Below, one piece after another: positions 1 to 13,460 of a DNA stretch of 64,000 bases. The notes beneath the pieces are model-generated. The model saw nothing but the letters and a program-made list of their open reading frames with translations. It was not told the DNA's origin and ran no database searches. How positions within the stretch are numbered: position 1 is the stretch's first letter; each line of letters starts with the position of its first letter. The position numbers and the translations under genes were made by a program. This DNA is from Camelus dromedarius (Eukaryota), in NCBI RefSeq assembly GCF_036321535.1, contig NC_087436.1:64668001-64732000 (forward strand). Direction: 5' to 3'.

Positions 1-1681
1 CACTGACAGTGTCCTAGCAGAGCTCTTTATCAAATAACAGCTGTGAAGTCACATCTGGCAGTATGCGAAGTGCTGGGATTCAGGTTACAGCATGGTGGCT
101 CACTTGTGAGAAGAATTTTCACATTCAGGATAATCTTTGTATGGAATTTGTATAAAACATAAAAGCACAAAGTTTGAATAAAAACAAAAATAGAAAACCT
201 GGCTATTTATGTATTTTTTAAGGTGAGCTAACAGTGTGGAAGACAACTGTATGTAGTATACCTTCCATCCTAAAACAAAAATCAACATGTATGATCTACA
301 CAGTTGGAAAAGATGTCAATTAGAAACACGTCTCTTTGTTTTTAACTAAAAAATCTCCCTTGCACACATTACATTTTTACTACTCATGCCTATGTACCTA
401 AAAATCAATGTCATTGATTTGTGTTTTTTACAATTTTACATAAGTAGATCATACTGTATAGATATATTTGCCACTTGCATTCTTTAAAAAAAATCTAAAA
501 ATAGATTTTTAAGAAGTATCTATGTGACTGTAAATCTAGAACACCAATTTTCTACTACTCTTTAGAAGATCATTCCATAATTCAACCATTATTTATTTAT
601 TCTTCTACTGATGGAAGTTAGGTCTTTAAGACTTTTCAAGAAACCTAGAAAGAAAAGAGGAATTGATAATCATAGACAATTTCTCACCTCTGCTACAACA
701 TCTTGGCACACCAATGTGTTGAGCCACCATAAATTCTAAAGCCTCAAAGAAGTGGTTTTAGATGGAGCCAAACTATCATAGGGTAGGAATAGAGTTTTGA
801 ATCTTAGGACAAAGACAGAAATGAGACAGGGGACAAACCAAGGAACATGGCAGGCATGGAACTCACGGTACTATTTTAACAGAACCAAAACATGCAGTTT
901 CAGGACAGATGTTTTCTTGAGCATATTTCTTCTCCATAGCTCTCCTGTGTGTTTTATGCTGCTATAGGGTATAGAAATTCTGAATGCTTATCTTCTGTCT
1001 CTGTATAACAGGCTGTATTCATGCAGCACCCTTCAAGGGCCTCTCCTTAAGCCATTCAGTAGGAATATAAATCCAGTGAATATCTCCATTCTTTTAAATT
1101 GTCCACTAAATAAGTGATATAACATCTGTGGCTGTTCATCAGAATTAACTGAGCATCTTTATAAAATTAGGTCCTTTTATGAACTCAACCTTGAAAATTT
1201 TGATAAAGGATTCATAAGACAGAGGAACTGTAATTCTTTACAAAAATCCCTCAATGCTTCAAAAAGCATTTCAGTTGAGATACCATTCCTCTAATATATA
1301 GCTTAATTTTAAAAATAACGTATTCCCTAGTTGGAGTTGTCAAAAAATTGACCTAAGAAAGTGATATGGGGTAAAGAAACAAAAAGCTTTACCTTGAAGT
1401 TTTGACCAGAATTAAGGTGATTTGCTTCAACTATTTATATACTGAAAATGTACACAGCTAAAAAAGGTGCAAACACTACTGACAAACTGATTTATAACTC
1501 ACAGAAAAGATAAAATGCTCTACCTGTAGACTAGAAAACCCAAATAATTAAGTTATTTATTGCACGTGTGGAGGATATTTAATACATTATTAAAATCATG
1601 CCTCACGAATCCAGGCCCTTATAAAACTTTGCAGTTGGTTACATATAATTGCAACTTAAGGCTTTTCTGTTGTGTTTCCAG

Positions 1682-1891
1682 CACAGTGATGCGGTCCATG
1701 ACCTTCTTCTGGATGTGATCACATGGGTTGGAATTTTGCTGTCCCTTGTTTGTCTCCTGATTTGCATCTTCACATTCTGTTTCTTCCGTGGGCTCCAGAG
1801 TGACCGTAACACCATCCATAAGAACCTCTGCATCAGCCTTTTTGTAGCAGAACTGCTCTTCCTGATTGGGATCAACCGAACCGACCAACCA
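1682..1891 (+). CDS. ADGRL3: ADGRL3 coding exon: post-GPS stalk, TM1, ICL1, TM2 ([70 protein letters not shown])
   Basis: Acceptor ttgtgtttccag| and donor cca|gtaagc; 210 nt, phase 0-0; peptide recognised as latrophilin-3 7TM start (ORF 1649..1909). Confidence 0.97.
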
Positions 1892-2472
1892 GTAAGCAGC
1901 CTACGTTAACATTAGAAAAAAATGTCTTCACTTTCAGCTTTCCAATCAAAATATTTTTACTTGAAAGATCTCTTCAAGTCATCTAAGATAGTTACTGAGT
2001 TTCAGATCTTAACTCAGTTTTCCCTTTTTCATGTCCCACTGTCATAAAGAAGTAGTGCCTTTGTGGATGTATGAATGCACATTTCTTCAGAAATTCTGTT
2101 CATAAGCTTGCCTTTCTAAAGAACTTGTTTCTTCATTAGTATTTTTTTCTTTAACTTTTAATCACAGAGCTGAATATTGAGGAAAGCTAAACAAATCATT
2201 TGGGGAATGGAGGAGTATCTTGTCTAACATGTAACTGCTATTTTCTGTAGTTTATAATATACTTTAAAAATGGATGTTATATTAAAAACTGCATTTTTAA
2301 AGTGAGTTTTTCTAACTGACATGTTTTGGAAAATCATTCAAACTGTATGTCATTTTTATAATTTGTAAACTCTTCCCAAATTTTATTTTACGCTTTATAT
2401 TTTCTCAAGTTCTGTTCACATCTATAAGTGCCAACTTCACACTTACTACTAACTACGTTTAGCCATATCAGT

Positions 2473-2524
2473 AAAGGGAGGGAGGGAGAGAGAGAAGGGA
2501 GAGGGGAAAAGGGGAAAAAAGGAA
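2473..2524. repeat. Pure purine (GA-rich) low-complexity tract
   Basis: 52 nt of only A/G with six G3-G4 runs. Confidence 0.9.
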
Positions 2525-3039
2525 TAGCACTAGCCAATTGTTCTTGGTAAAACTGTACAGAAAATATTAATGGCAGATAGAATCTGATATATTAAACAGA
2601 CTCTATGCCCACTTAGAATTTTTGTGAAGCTCTTTCTACTTACTTAAGATTCATGCAGATAGCACGAGTTTGTTCTCATGACTAAAACCGCAAATGAAAA
2701 CTTTAATTTTTTAGAAGACTTGTAAGCATAATAAATAATTCATTCACTTAATGCTGTTCTCTGGTATGTGTCCATATGTATAAAGTACTTTACAATAAAA
2801 ATGCAGTTGGATTCATGTTTATGATTACACATTCATGATTAATGGCTTTAAAGGGTACAATTATGGTGATTATACTTTTAATTGGTTATCATATACAAAT
2901 GTGACAGCTTTTCCCATAAATGCTTACAGATGAATAAGCAATCAAAGTGCACATTCTTTCTCCAAAAAAGTAAAGCCTTCAGATAACAAAAATTAATAGC
3001 TGAAGTTCTAACGCAAGAAATGGAAAACTGTTATTTTCC

Positions 3040-3088
3040 AAGGAGAAAGCATTTCTTTTTTTTTTTTTTTTTAAGGAGAAATCATTTC
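3040..3088 (-). mobile_element. Poly(A)-only retrotransposon insertion with target-site duplication
   Basis: aaggagaaagcatttc (3040-3055) + T17 + aaggagaaatcatttc (3073-3088). Confidence 0.65.
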
Positions 3089-4329
3089 ATTCTCTTTTTA
3101 ACCTGTGGTTCAAATGCTCTGTGATTTCTTTTCATTTAGGAACCTTATTCTTATTTCTGTTTCCTGATGTTGCATGTGGTATGGTGAGCTTCACCAAACA
3201 TTGCAGACTGCGCAGAACCAATTTCTGACAAGTAGTAGAATAAAGAACAATGATTGGTAGGAAAAACTTGGGTAGAGCAGCCCAGCCCAACTTGTCTTTA
3301 CTCTTACTGCTGGATGGGTGTCTTCCTGCCTCTTATATGGCTTTCTCTCTCTAGCCCCTTTGACACTTGACTTCCTCATCTCCCCTTCACTGTCATCTCT
3401 CTAACCCAAGGAAATAGACCTGCTCTTTGTCTCATTTCTCAAGGATCATACTCATCGCTGAATCCATACTAATCTGATAATTTCTATACATGTGTTACTA
3501 TTTTCTAGTTTTAACTATAAAGTTTAGTTAGGACTTATTAAAAAAAAAAATGAAGACTCCCCCCACCCAGAGGAGTGAGAACTCCAGGAACTGACAAAAA
3601 AAAAATTAGTATGTGGTCAGCTGAAACTTGGAGTATCTTAGAAAATGTGCTGAAGTAAGGACTGGCTGCCTGTTTTGCCCAAGCTTGTCTAGACCAACAT
3701 TTGGTACAATAACAAAAAATGAAAGAACGAAGGGACTTTTGGAATACTTTATTTTAACCAGATCTACTTTTACATCTATGAAGTGTGAACTTTCCAGTGC
3801 CACCTTAACTTCTTTCTGAAACAAGACAGGGAAGAAATAAACAAACAGTTAATAATAATGAATTAATAATCTCACTATAAAATACTGTAATTATTGTATG
3901 ATTTAATTTTAAGTGCTTTTATTCTCCTTAATTTTAATGTTCCTCTTTCATTTACAGTTGAAGAACTTAAAATGTTAGTAAACACATGATTATGGCCAAG
4001 AAAAAAAATTCATGGGATCTATTTTAAAACTTTTAGACTAGGCTCAGTAATAATTATCAGTAGACTCTTATTAGAACTTTTTCCTAAATTTATTATAATG
4101 CTCTGCAGTTATCCATAGCCATTATTAATAAAATATTAAATATAGTTTTCAAAGATAGTTTATATTAAATTACTTTTTAATATCTGAATTTTGAGAATCT
4201 TGTCACAATTGTTCTTTCATAGACTTGTTTTATTACTGCAGACTTGATAAATGTTTACTTTAACGTTATGGTAATTGACAATATTTCACTTGGTAGTTAT
4301 TTGACTAAGTCACGTGTTCCTTTCCCCAG

Positions 4330-4550
4330 ATTGCCTGTGCAGTTTTTGCTGCCCTCTTACATTTCTTCTTCTTGGCGGCTTTCACCTGGATGTTCCTGGA
4401 GGGAGTGCAGCTCTATATCATGCTGGTGGAAGTTTTTGAGAGTGAACATTCACGGAGGAAATACTTTTACCTGGTCGGCTACGGGATGCCCGCGCTCATT
4501 GTGGCTGTGTCAGCTGCAGTAGACTACAGGAGTTACGGAACAGATAAAGT
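4330..4550 (+). CDS. ADGRL3: ADGRL3 coding exon: TM3, ICL2, TM4 ([74 protein letters not shown])
   Basis: Acceptor ttcctttccccag|, donor agt|gtgagt; 221 nt, phase 0-2; adhesion-GPCR WMFLEG motif (ORF 4372..4554). Confidence 0.97.
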
Positions 4551-6620
4551 GTGAGTTTATGTTTTCCTTCCTTTTTTCCCTCTCTTTTTAAATCCAGTTG
4601 AAATAAAAGCTTTGGATTTTCTCAGAAGCTAAGGTCTTTATATCACCTCACAGCAATAAACTACAGAACTGGGAAAGCAAATAGGGATAATTCAGTTCAT
4701 GAATTGTACTTCTGTTATGATGTAAAAAGAGAAAAAATATTCCTGATATTCCATATCTACATCACAGCCTTCAGTAATTATAAAGAGATGATAATTTTTA
4801 TGTCTTTCAGAGCATTGAGACATTTGCCAAATGAAAAACTAGCTCTATTAAAGATGTGTAATCAGAGGACAATATAGTCCCTGATATTAATGGCTTCTCT
4901 TCTTCATGACATGTCAATTCTAGTCACTAGAAAGTAATTTATATCATTAACAGGAAGATAGACTCTTGCGGCAGGGGCAGCTTGTGTTTTCCTTTTTTTT
5001 CCCCCTAGGTGGCTATTGAAATATAATGATGAATTTTATTTTCAACATCCTTTCAAATTGGTGAGACACCCATAGGGATGTTCAGCATCCTGGAAAGGAA
5101 TTCAGTGGAAAATATGTTTGTAATTCACATCAATATAACGATTGGGATCCCAAGAATGAATGAGAGTTGCAATAGAAGAAAAATTATAAAGAAGACCAAG
5201 ATAGACCTTTGATGAATACTCCCATTTAGGACAGAGATTAAGCAGGGAAAATAAAAATAGAAAAAGAAAAGAGGTGACCAGAGCCTTAAAAGAGAACCAA
5301 GAGGAAAGTGAGAAGAAAGTTTAAAGACGGTGTTTTGTGTCCAGGATAATTCATGTAAGATAGGCAAGGAGGAAAAATCACTTGTCCTTTGCCACAACTT
5401 TTTGACAAAGTACTGGAAGCAGGAGCCCAATTGGAAGATGCAAAACAAAATCAGTGGCAAGAAAGTAGAGTCTTTAGCTATTATCCACAGCCTGAGAAAG
5501 TCTGATTGAGAAATAGTGAAAATATTATTAACTCATGGTAACAGTAATGAAGAAGGATGTCTTAAAATAAAGTCCCCAGAATGTCTAGGATAGGAAGAAT
5601 CAAGTTGGTAAGTGGAGATTAGTAAAGAGAAAGTAGCTTCTGCCTCATTTGTATTCAGTATATATAGGCTGAATGAAAGGAAGAGGTCCTGGGGGATAGA
5701 AAGGCATAAGATTAGACGTAAGATGAAAAAAGCCTTGATTTAGTACTGAAAGTGGCCTTAGAATTCACCTAGTCCAAGGCATTAACTTTACAATGAAAAA
5801 AATCAAGGACCAGGTGAATTAATTGCCTTGCCCATGGTGATAGAGGTAGATAGTGGCATATGTGTGATAAAATAAGTCAGGCTTATTTCCACTAAACCAG
5901 GATATTTTTGAGATAGTAAAATGACCCCTGTTTTCTGAGGTGTGAAGGAAATAGCAGATAAGATAAATTTCGAAGTGGAGGAATTTTTCCATCGAGTAGG
6001 AGATGCTGATTTGTGCTGAGTGAATAGGTGAGGTCACGTTGAGAGGACAGGAGATTTGAAAAGCTTTGAAATGAGCACTGTGGAAAATGTGTTAAGGAGC
6101 CAATTAGACATTAATGAAAAGATTTCCAAGCTGTAGTGAAGGCTCAGATGAGGTTAGATAACATCAATTTGTACAGAAGTTAAGAAGCCAAATTTCATGA
6201 CTTTCCACCACCAGCAATCAGCAGCCTGAATATGCTGGCAATAAAACAGCTCACTTCCCGGAAGAGCAGACTCATGAGGAGGGAATGACAAGAGGATTCC
6301 AGAGTTATCGGGAGCATAGTTACGGTAGATTATGCGTAGGTGTAGAAACACCAACAGTACAATTAAAAGAGGACTGTCTCACTTCTGTCAAATTTTTTTC
6401 TTGAGTACAGTGGCAGCCTGTATAAAGCCATTTGTCTAAATGAAACTAATAGCAAGTATTTTTTTAATCTAACCTTTGTGAATTGTGGTCAAATCTGAGG
6501 TCATTTTGTGGATCCCGGTGACAACCATAGACCAGATTAGGATTAGATAAAAATATTATCTGTATTTGCCTCTAAAGACATTTCGGTGGGGGGGGGGGAT
6601 TAGATAGACTATAGGATTTT

Positions 6621-6787
6621 TTAAAAATACCTTTATTGATATAAATCACATACCATGACATTCACTCCTTAAAGGTATACACATAAATTGTTTTTAGTAT
6701 GTTGTGTTAATAAGCATCCATCACCACTGTCTAATCTTAGAATGGTTTTACTGCTACCCAAAAAAACCCATTAGCAGTCACTGCCCT
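6621..6787 (-). mobile_element. 5'-truncated L1 (L1MB-like) 3' end with TSD
   Basis: Reverse L1 3'UTR (tttattgatataaatcacataccatgacattcactccttaaaggtatac...); flanks tagactataggatttt (6605-6620) and tagagtgtaggatttt (6788-6803). Confidence 0.75.
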
Positions 6788-8159
6788 TAGAGTGTAGGAT
6801 TTTACATTTTAATTCATGAATTTTCCCTCTAAGTTATTAAAGTGACTTATACAGTTATTTGTGAACTTACACTACTTCAAATATTGTTTTTATGTAGTTC
6901 AATTTTGCTCTCTTGCAGTTCTTGATATGCTTTTGTTTTTGTTTTTATCTGTATATATTTGCAAATTTTCCTGTCACTGAACTGACAACTTGTTTGCTTT
7001 GTGCTTTAGTCATTTATTTTGAGAGAGATGTCATTTTCTGGATAGCAAGAATCTATCTTTTCATAGAATCAATACTATGTAGTCTCTTGTGACTTTGTTA
7101 AAGCTTTGGCCATCATTGCTTTAATTTTCTGCACCATAACTGGAAGCTCACATTTACTGACATTACTTTGTGGGAATAGAGGCTAATTTATTTCCCAGGC
7201 ACTGATTTAAAACAAGCCTTAGTAATAGTCCAGTTTCACTATTATGATTTTTCCCAACACAAAGAGAAGCAAAGCAGATACAGAGAAGGGGTAAATGAAA
7301 GAGGGAGAAAAAAGGATAGGGAAGATTGTACTAAAATTCTGTCACAGATGGGCATGAAGTATTTAGTGTCTCATTTGTACATTTTAAATAAATTGTCCAG
7401 AGAGAGATCTTCAGGGTACATGGAAAAAACGTTTAACTTCTCCCTTTGGGAATTCACCCAACCTGGTATCTCTACAGTGCTGTTTTGCCCCTTGAGGAAG
7501 CAAGTGTTGAAAAAGAAATATTATTCAGTCATTTGTATTTACTTGATAAGCTGAAATGAACAGATCAAGTTTCCATCGGGAGTTTAATCAATATAATTTC
7601 TCAAAGAAAAATATAGGCAATGTATTTTAATACAACTTGAAGGATTTCTGCTTATAGAATTATGTATCTCTGTCTTTGCTATCTGGTTTCCGTTACTATT
7701 GTTTCTTTTATTTTATTTCAAATGTTATTTCCTACTCTCTGTTCATCACGTTTAGGCTTTCATGTGTTTTGAGGGGGGATTTTTAAAATTTTTGCCGGTG
7801 TTACCTTCTTAAATGCTGCATTGTTTTTTTTTTTAAATGTAAATGTGTCAAGTCCACAGTCTTAAATAAACTGGAATTAGCCAGAATTCAGAGACAGATT
7901 GTCAGTCATTTTCTGTGAATTCTTATTAAGCTTAATACAGTAAATTTTTATGTCTTGATAGTCTGTTTTACTTACTTTTGGAAATTTGTTATTATTAAGT
8001 TTTTATTTCTCAGTCTCAACTACTTAGGTTACATCTAGAATAAAACCACTGCATACATATTACAGTAATCCAAATGATAGACATCTCTTCCATCTCTCTC
8101 CTCCTAATGTACTTAATGTATTTTATTATAATAACAATGAGGTTTTATTTCTGAAACCA

Positions 8160-8190
8160 TTAATAATAATAATAATAATAGTAGTAGTAG
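8160..8190. repeat. Compound (TAA)n(TAG)n microsatellite
   Basis: taataataataataataatagtagtagtag. Confidence 0.85.
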
Positions 8191-10074
8191 CAACTTACAT
8201 TTCTAAAAAGTAGAGAATCTTATCAATGGTAGGAGATAAAATTAGAGACAAAATTGTTTTTGTAGGTTAAGTAAGTGTTATTTTGAACCAGATAAAGGTA
8301 ACTATCATATTCCATCTGGCTGATGGATTATGATTGTTTTCCTGTGAAATGTTATTAAAGCCGTTGAATTGATTATTACGTACAGAACACATACTCACAC
8401 ACAACGCATACATAATTTGATTTTGAGAAGTTTCTTAGTTTGCCATCAGTTTGCAATGTTTATGAGAGAATCTCATTATTTTCTGATGTTGTTTAATGAA
8501 ATCTTTTGTTCTATAGTGACATTATTCTCAAGAGAATGTACTTAGAATTACATGCAGTCACAGTTATCAGACACTTTAAAAAATCAGAGTAAAAGACCAA
8601 GACAGTCATGAAAAAAAATAACTCAGTTAGTGGATCATAGGTTCAAACTGCACTAACTGTAGGTGTTTTCCATTTTCTCTGTTTTCCTAACTTGCTTTAG
8701 TCTCTCTTATACTGTTATTCATCATTCAGTGGAGCCATCCAATATGATTCTGTCAAAAGATAAAGGCTAGCATTGACTTAATGATTCAAACAGAACTGAT
8801 TTGGAAATTTCGGTGCTAAATACATTGATTTTATGACCTGAAGTTAATCAGTTCATGTAAACTTTAATTACCTCAGTATCACCTGCAAAAACACAAACTG
8901 AACAGTTAATTTTTTTTATTTAAAGGAAAAAATAACACTTATAGTTTATAGCACTTTTCTTGAAATCTAAGTTTACAACAGAAAAAGCAGGGGTTAACAT
9001 GATTGGTAGTTTGGAAAAAGACTGGGGTAGGTTCCAAGAGCACAGGGAGGGAGGGTGCTGGGAAGAAGCATAGCACAGGGTATAGCCCAGAATTAAAATG
9101 TGGGCTCGAAAACTAGCAAAGCCTTTTTGAAAGATGCCAATTAGGTCATGAACATTTATAATGGATTAGAACATCCTTGAGTTCTAGAACATAACCAAGC
9201 TCTTAAAAATAATTGAAATCAATTTTATGATCTGAAAATTACTATAAATCATCTATTAAGTCTTAGATTTGTCTCCCTAGCTCCCAATAGCTCTAAAAGG
9301 GGTGGTCTCTTCTTTGCTAGTTAAAAGCCCCTCCATTTCTTTATTTTCACTTCATTCTCTAACCAGCATAATCATTTGGGTAGGAAAGTGATTATCGATT
9401 TTTCAAATATTAGATTATAACATTATTCAAGAAACTACCTAGCCAAGGAACATTAAATTTGATAGTAACTGCAAGTCACATGCATGGTTTATTTAGTATA
9501 TTTCACAATTTCTAAGCATTTCGTCCTACTCATAGAATACTATATATTCATTTGAAATATTTCTGTAAGCATATTATTATATGTTGTTGTAAAATCTTCC
9601 TACTTGTAACATTGCACTGACAAGAAGCACTTACTTTACTGAGTGTATCACCAGCTATATTTGACTTTAGGTTGCCCAGTAGGAATTAACACAGATAATG
9701 AAGTATTGGTCATTGATATACATCAAGATAACCATTCAATATGTGTGTGGGGAGTGCTCTGTATGTTATATGTGATGTTATTAAAGGCCAAGGGCATGTT
9801 TTGTGTGTATGTATGTTAGAGATTGAGGGCTTATTGTGTCATCATTTCATCACCAGGAACCATATGATTGGGCATAAAATTATCACCATATATAAGAATT
9901 TTGGATTGAGCATAATTTTTTTTGGTTAAGAGTTAGCTATACCAGAACTATATCAGAGAACATCAGGACTGCTGTCCTGTTCTTTACAAAATATGATTAA
10001 AGTCAAATGTAAGACTTAAGTTCTTACTAAAACCAAAGTATAATGACTTCCACATCTAGAGCTAACTTTATATC

Positions 10075-10830
10075 ATAATTTCACCCACTAGAAGGTTACA
10101 ATCAAAAAGACAGATAACACATATTGATGAGGATGTGGAAAAGTCAGAGTCCTCACATCTTGTTGGTGGCAATGTAAAATGGTGCAGCTACCTACTTTTG
10201 AAAACAGTTTGACAGATCTTCAAAATGCTAACCATGGTAATCATATATCCCAGTAATTCCACTCCTAGGGATTTACCCCAGAAAAAATGAAAATGTAGAC
10301 TCATTCAAAAACTTCTACATGAGTGTTCATAGGCAGCATTATTTATGTTAGCCAAAAAGTGGAAACCCCCATGTCCATTAACTGATGAGAAAATAAACAA
10401 AAGATGGTATATCCATGTGGTAGAATATTATTTAGAAATGAAAATGAATGAAGTATTGACACATGCCACAAAATGAAATACTTTAAAAACATCATGTTAA
10501 ATAAAATAACCCAGTCACAAAGACTACAAATATATGATCTCATTTATATGAAATGTCCAGAAGAGGCAAATCCTTAGAGACAAAATGAACCCGATCTACC
10601 AGGACTGGGTAGAGGGTAGGGAAGCCATTTCCATACCAAGGGAGTGAATTTGGTAGAGACAGCGAGGACTAGCTATAGATAGATAAAAGGTTTTATTCTA
10701 GCGCCATGAAAATACTCTTAAATTAGATTACATTTCACAACTTTTACATATACTAAAGACCATTGAATTGTGTACTTTAAATAGATGATTTATAGTATAT
10801 GAATTATACTGTAATAAAGCTGTTTAAAAA
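10075..10830 (+). mobile_element. L1 (L1MB/L1MC-like) 3' fragment
   Basis: ORF2-end motifs (gaggatgtggaaaa...aatgtaaaatggtgcagc...cccagtaattccactcctaggg) followed by 3'UTR and aataaagctgtttaaaaa. Confidence 0.8.
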
Positions 10831-10837
10831 TACTAAA

Positions 10838-10881
10838 ATTTTTGCTAACTTATCAAGAGATTTTTACTAACTTATCAAGAC
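10838..10881. repeat. 22-bp tandem duplication
   Basis: atttttgctaacttatcaagag / atttttactaacttatcaagac. Confidence 0.85.
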
Positions 10882-11064
10882 GTCACTTTAAGTTTGGAAA
10901 GGTTGAACATTTTTACTTGGGACATGTTTCAACAATCTGTGATTTATGTACAGCATATAAATTTCTCATCTCATTGAGAATTTATAATAGTCAACAAAAC
11001 TATACCTTTTGTTTATTTTATAGCTTGTATGTTAATTCTTTTTGAGAAATTTATACTAGCTTCA

Positions 11065-11290
11065 GGGACTTTGAAGTCAGGTAGATTAGAATAAAATTTG
11101 GGCTCAACTAACTATTAGCCATGTGGCTGTGGGCAAAAAAATCAGTTTCTCTCACTTTCTAATCTGTCATGTGGGGGTTGTAAGTATCTTGCAAAACTAT
11201 TGCAATATTTGAAACTGTGTGTGTATTTAAGTATGCATGTATGTAAAGTGTTAGGCATATATAAGCATTTATCAAATAAGAAATATTGTT
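11065..11290 (+). mobile_element. MIR SINE (diverged)
   Basis: gactttgaagtcagg...actattagccatgtggctgtgggcaa...tctgtcatgtgggg resembles MIR core. Confidence 0.5.
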
Positions 11291-13328
11291 ATTATTACTA
11301 GGACTATTATTTAGCTGATACAAATGAAGGAATATAAACTTTATGACTAACAACATTATTTTAACTATAAAAATAAATTATATTAAAAGCATCCATTTAT
11401 AAGAGTAGTGATTACAATTCTTATGCTACTAGCTTCTATTAATTTAAACAACATGGGACCATGAGAATTATTCCAGCATTTAGTGTTAATAAATTATAAC
11501 AGACAGCACTTTTCTTACACCACCATAAAATATAGGATGCATTTTGCTAAATAAATAGTGATACACTTTTTTTCAAAAAACATATCAGGGACATGAAGAC
11601 AACATAAACTATATATGATACATGAGATCTAGTTTTGTATTCTGAGATCCAAAACTATAGCTGAACTGTGGTTCTAGTCTTGAGTACCACTGATCATACT
11701 CCATTCCTGCATCGCTCTGTTGGTCTTTTCCAGTTCATGCACTTGCTCACAAAGTATTGCAAAGTTAGGTGCATGAGTGTGCTGTGAGGCAAATGACATT
11801 GAAAAAAAAAACGTAACACACATGCAGTAAGCTTAGAACTAGAGTTATTATGCTTGAAGTATGTATCTGTCTTTTTTCCTCTTCTCTTCCCTGTTTCTTG
11901 CCCCAGTTCTCCATATTCCTTCTTCTCTCAATCTTGCCAGATATATGTAGTACAAATATAAAGAGATCTGCATATGTTACAGAGAAAAGAAACTCTCGTA
12001 AACAACCTGATATAATTAAACCTTGTAAATGTAATCGTTTAACAGTAGCCAAAGATTGTTTACTGGTTGCATTTAATATTCACCAAGGATAGTTTAGTCT
12101 GTGACTGTAGAAAGTGAAGTAAACACCATTGTTAATTTACATTACTTCAAAAAACTGGTTAATAGTCAGATGTCTACTTTAGTAAGAGTGAATTAAACAG
12201 GCAACAAATTACAATGTCCTAAGGCATCGTAATGACACTTCATTAAACATACTAGCTTTGAATAAGGAACTGCACTCTGGTAGTGTTACTAGTATCTAAA
12301 AGCATTATAAAACATACATTTTAGGTGACATTTATATACATTGGTCAGTTGGTTTCACCATTTTTCTAAATACAGAGTCATGCCTTTTTAAAATGGTGAT
12401 AAGTACAATGGTGAGGAGTATTTTAGTAGAAGAGACTAAGCTTTAGAAGTATGGCTTTCTGCTGTCCTGTTGTAGTTTTGAGAAATTAATTTGTTCCATT
12501 ATTTTATTTTTCTATTTTCTGAGTAAACCTAAAGGTAGTACTTGCTGGATTGGTAATTGACAATTTTATGGGAGACTAATACAGATGTCAGCACCTTTAT
12601 TATTTAATTTGCAATGATGTTTCTTATATTTTTGAAGAGAATAATTTTGGAAGAACATAGTAATTTATTCATGTGGATTAGTATCAGTTCTTTAGAGTAT
12701 TAAACCAATAAACAAATTAATGTAGTAAGACGTTATCAAATATATAGCAATATGTGCTGGTTATATAATATTTTTAAATTGCTACAAAAGAATTTTAATG
12801 ACATCTTAGTATAGGTAAATGGGAAAAAAAAGTCAAGGTTTACAGTATGTGACAAATTCTCCTTTGAATTCTGAATGTATTGATCTTGTAAGATTTTTCG
12901 ATCTTGACTTTAAAATGTATGTAGTGAAATCAGAATGCAGTTCATCTGTCAACAGTGGGTTATGTCATTATAGTACTGCTATAAACATAATTTATAGATT
13001 TCATGTATGTGATAATTTCCTTTAAAAAAAAAGAATTGACATATCTGAAATATTAAACCTGAATGGCCTACTAAAATTAATGATTTCACAAATTAAATGA
13101 TACTTTGTGGATAAAGGTAGTTTTCAGATAAATCATGTTTTTCAATGGCAGGTCTATCTGACCGTTTGCCTTTACTGGGCTTAGTGCAATCAGCTATTCC
13201 TTTAGCATTTGTCTCCCCTTAACCAGTGGTTTTGCACTGTATCCAAGTGACATTGAATATCCTAGACGTATAGAATAGTATGAGGTGGGATATATGTGCC
13301 CAGGCATGTACTAAACACCCATACAGTA

Positions 13329-13460
13329 CAGTCAGCCCTCCATATCTATCTGTTCAGCATCTGTGGGAACAGAAGGCCAACTGTAAGGAACTTCAACAGC
13401 CATGAATTTTGGTATTCAGGGGGTCCTGGAACCAATCCCCCATGGATACTGAGGGATGTC
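13329..13460. mobile_element. MER2-like (TcMar-Tigger) MITE, internally deleted
   Basis: ta|cagtcagccctccatatc...gggggtcctggaaccaatcccccatggatactgagggatg terminal inverted repeats. Confidence 0.7.

Noticed and set aside
1619..1888. Antisense ORFs over the first exon (1619..1888, 1639..1875) and over the TM6-7 exon (45130..45321)
   Set aside because: Shadow frames of ADGRL3 coding exons with no independent support
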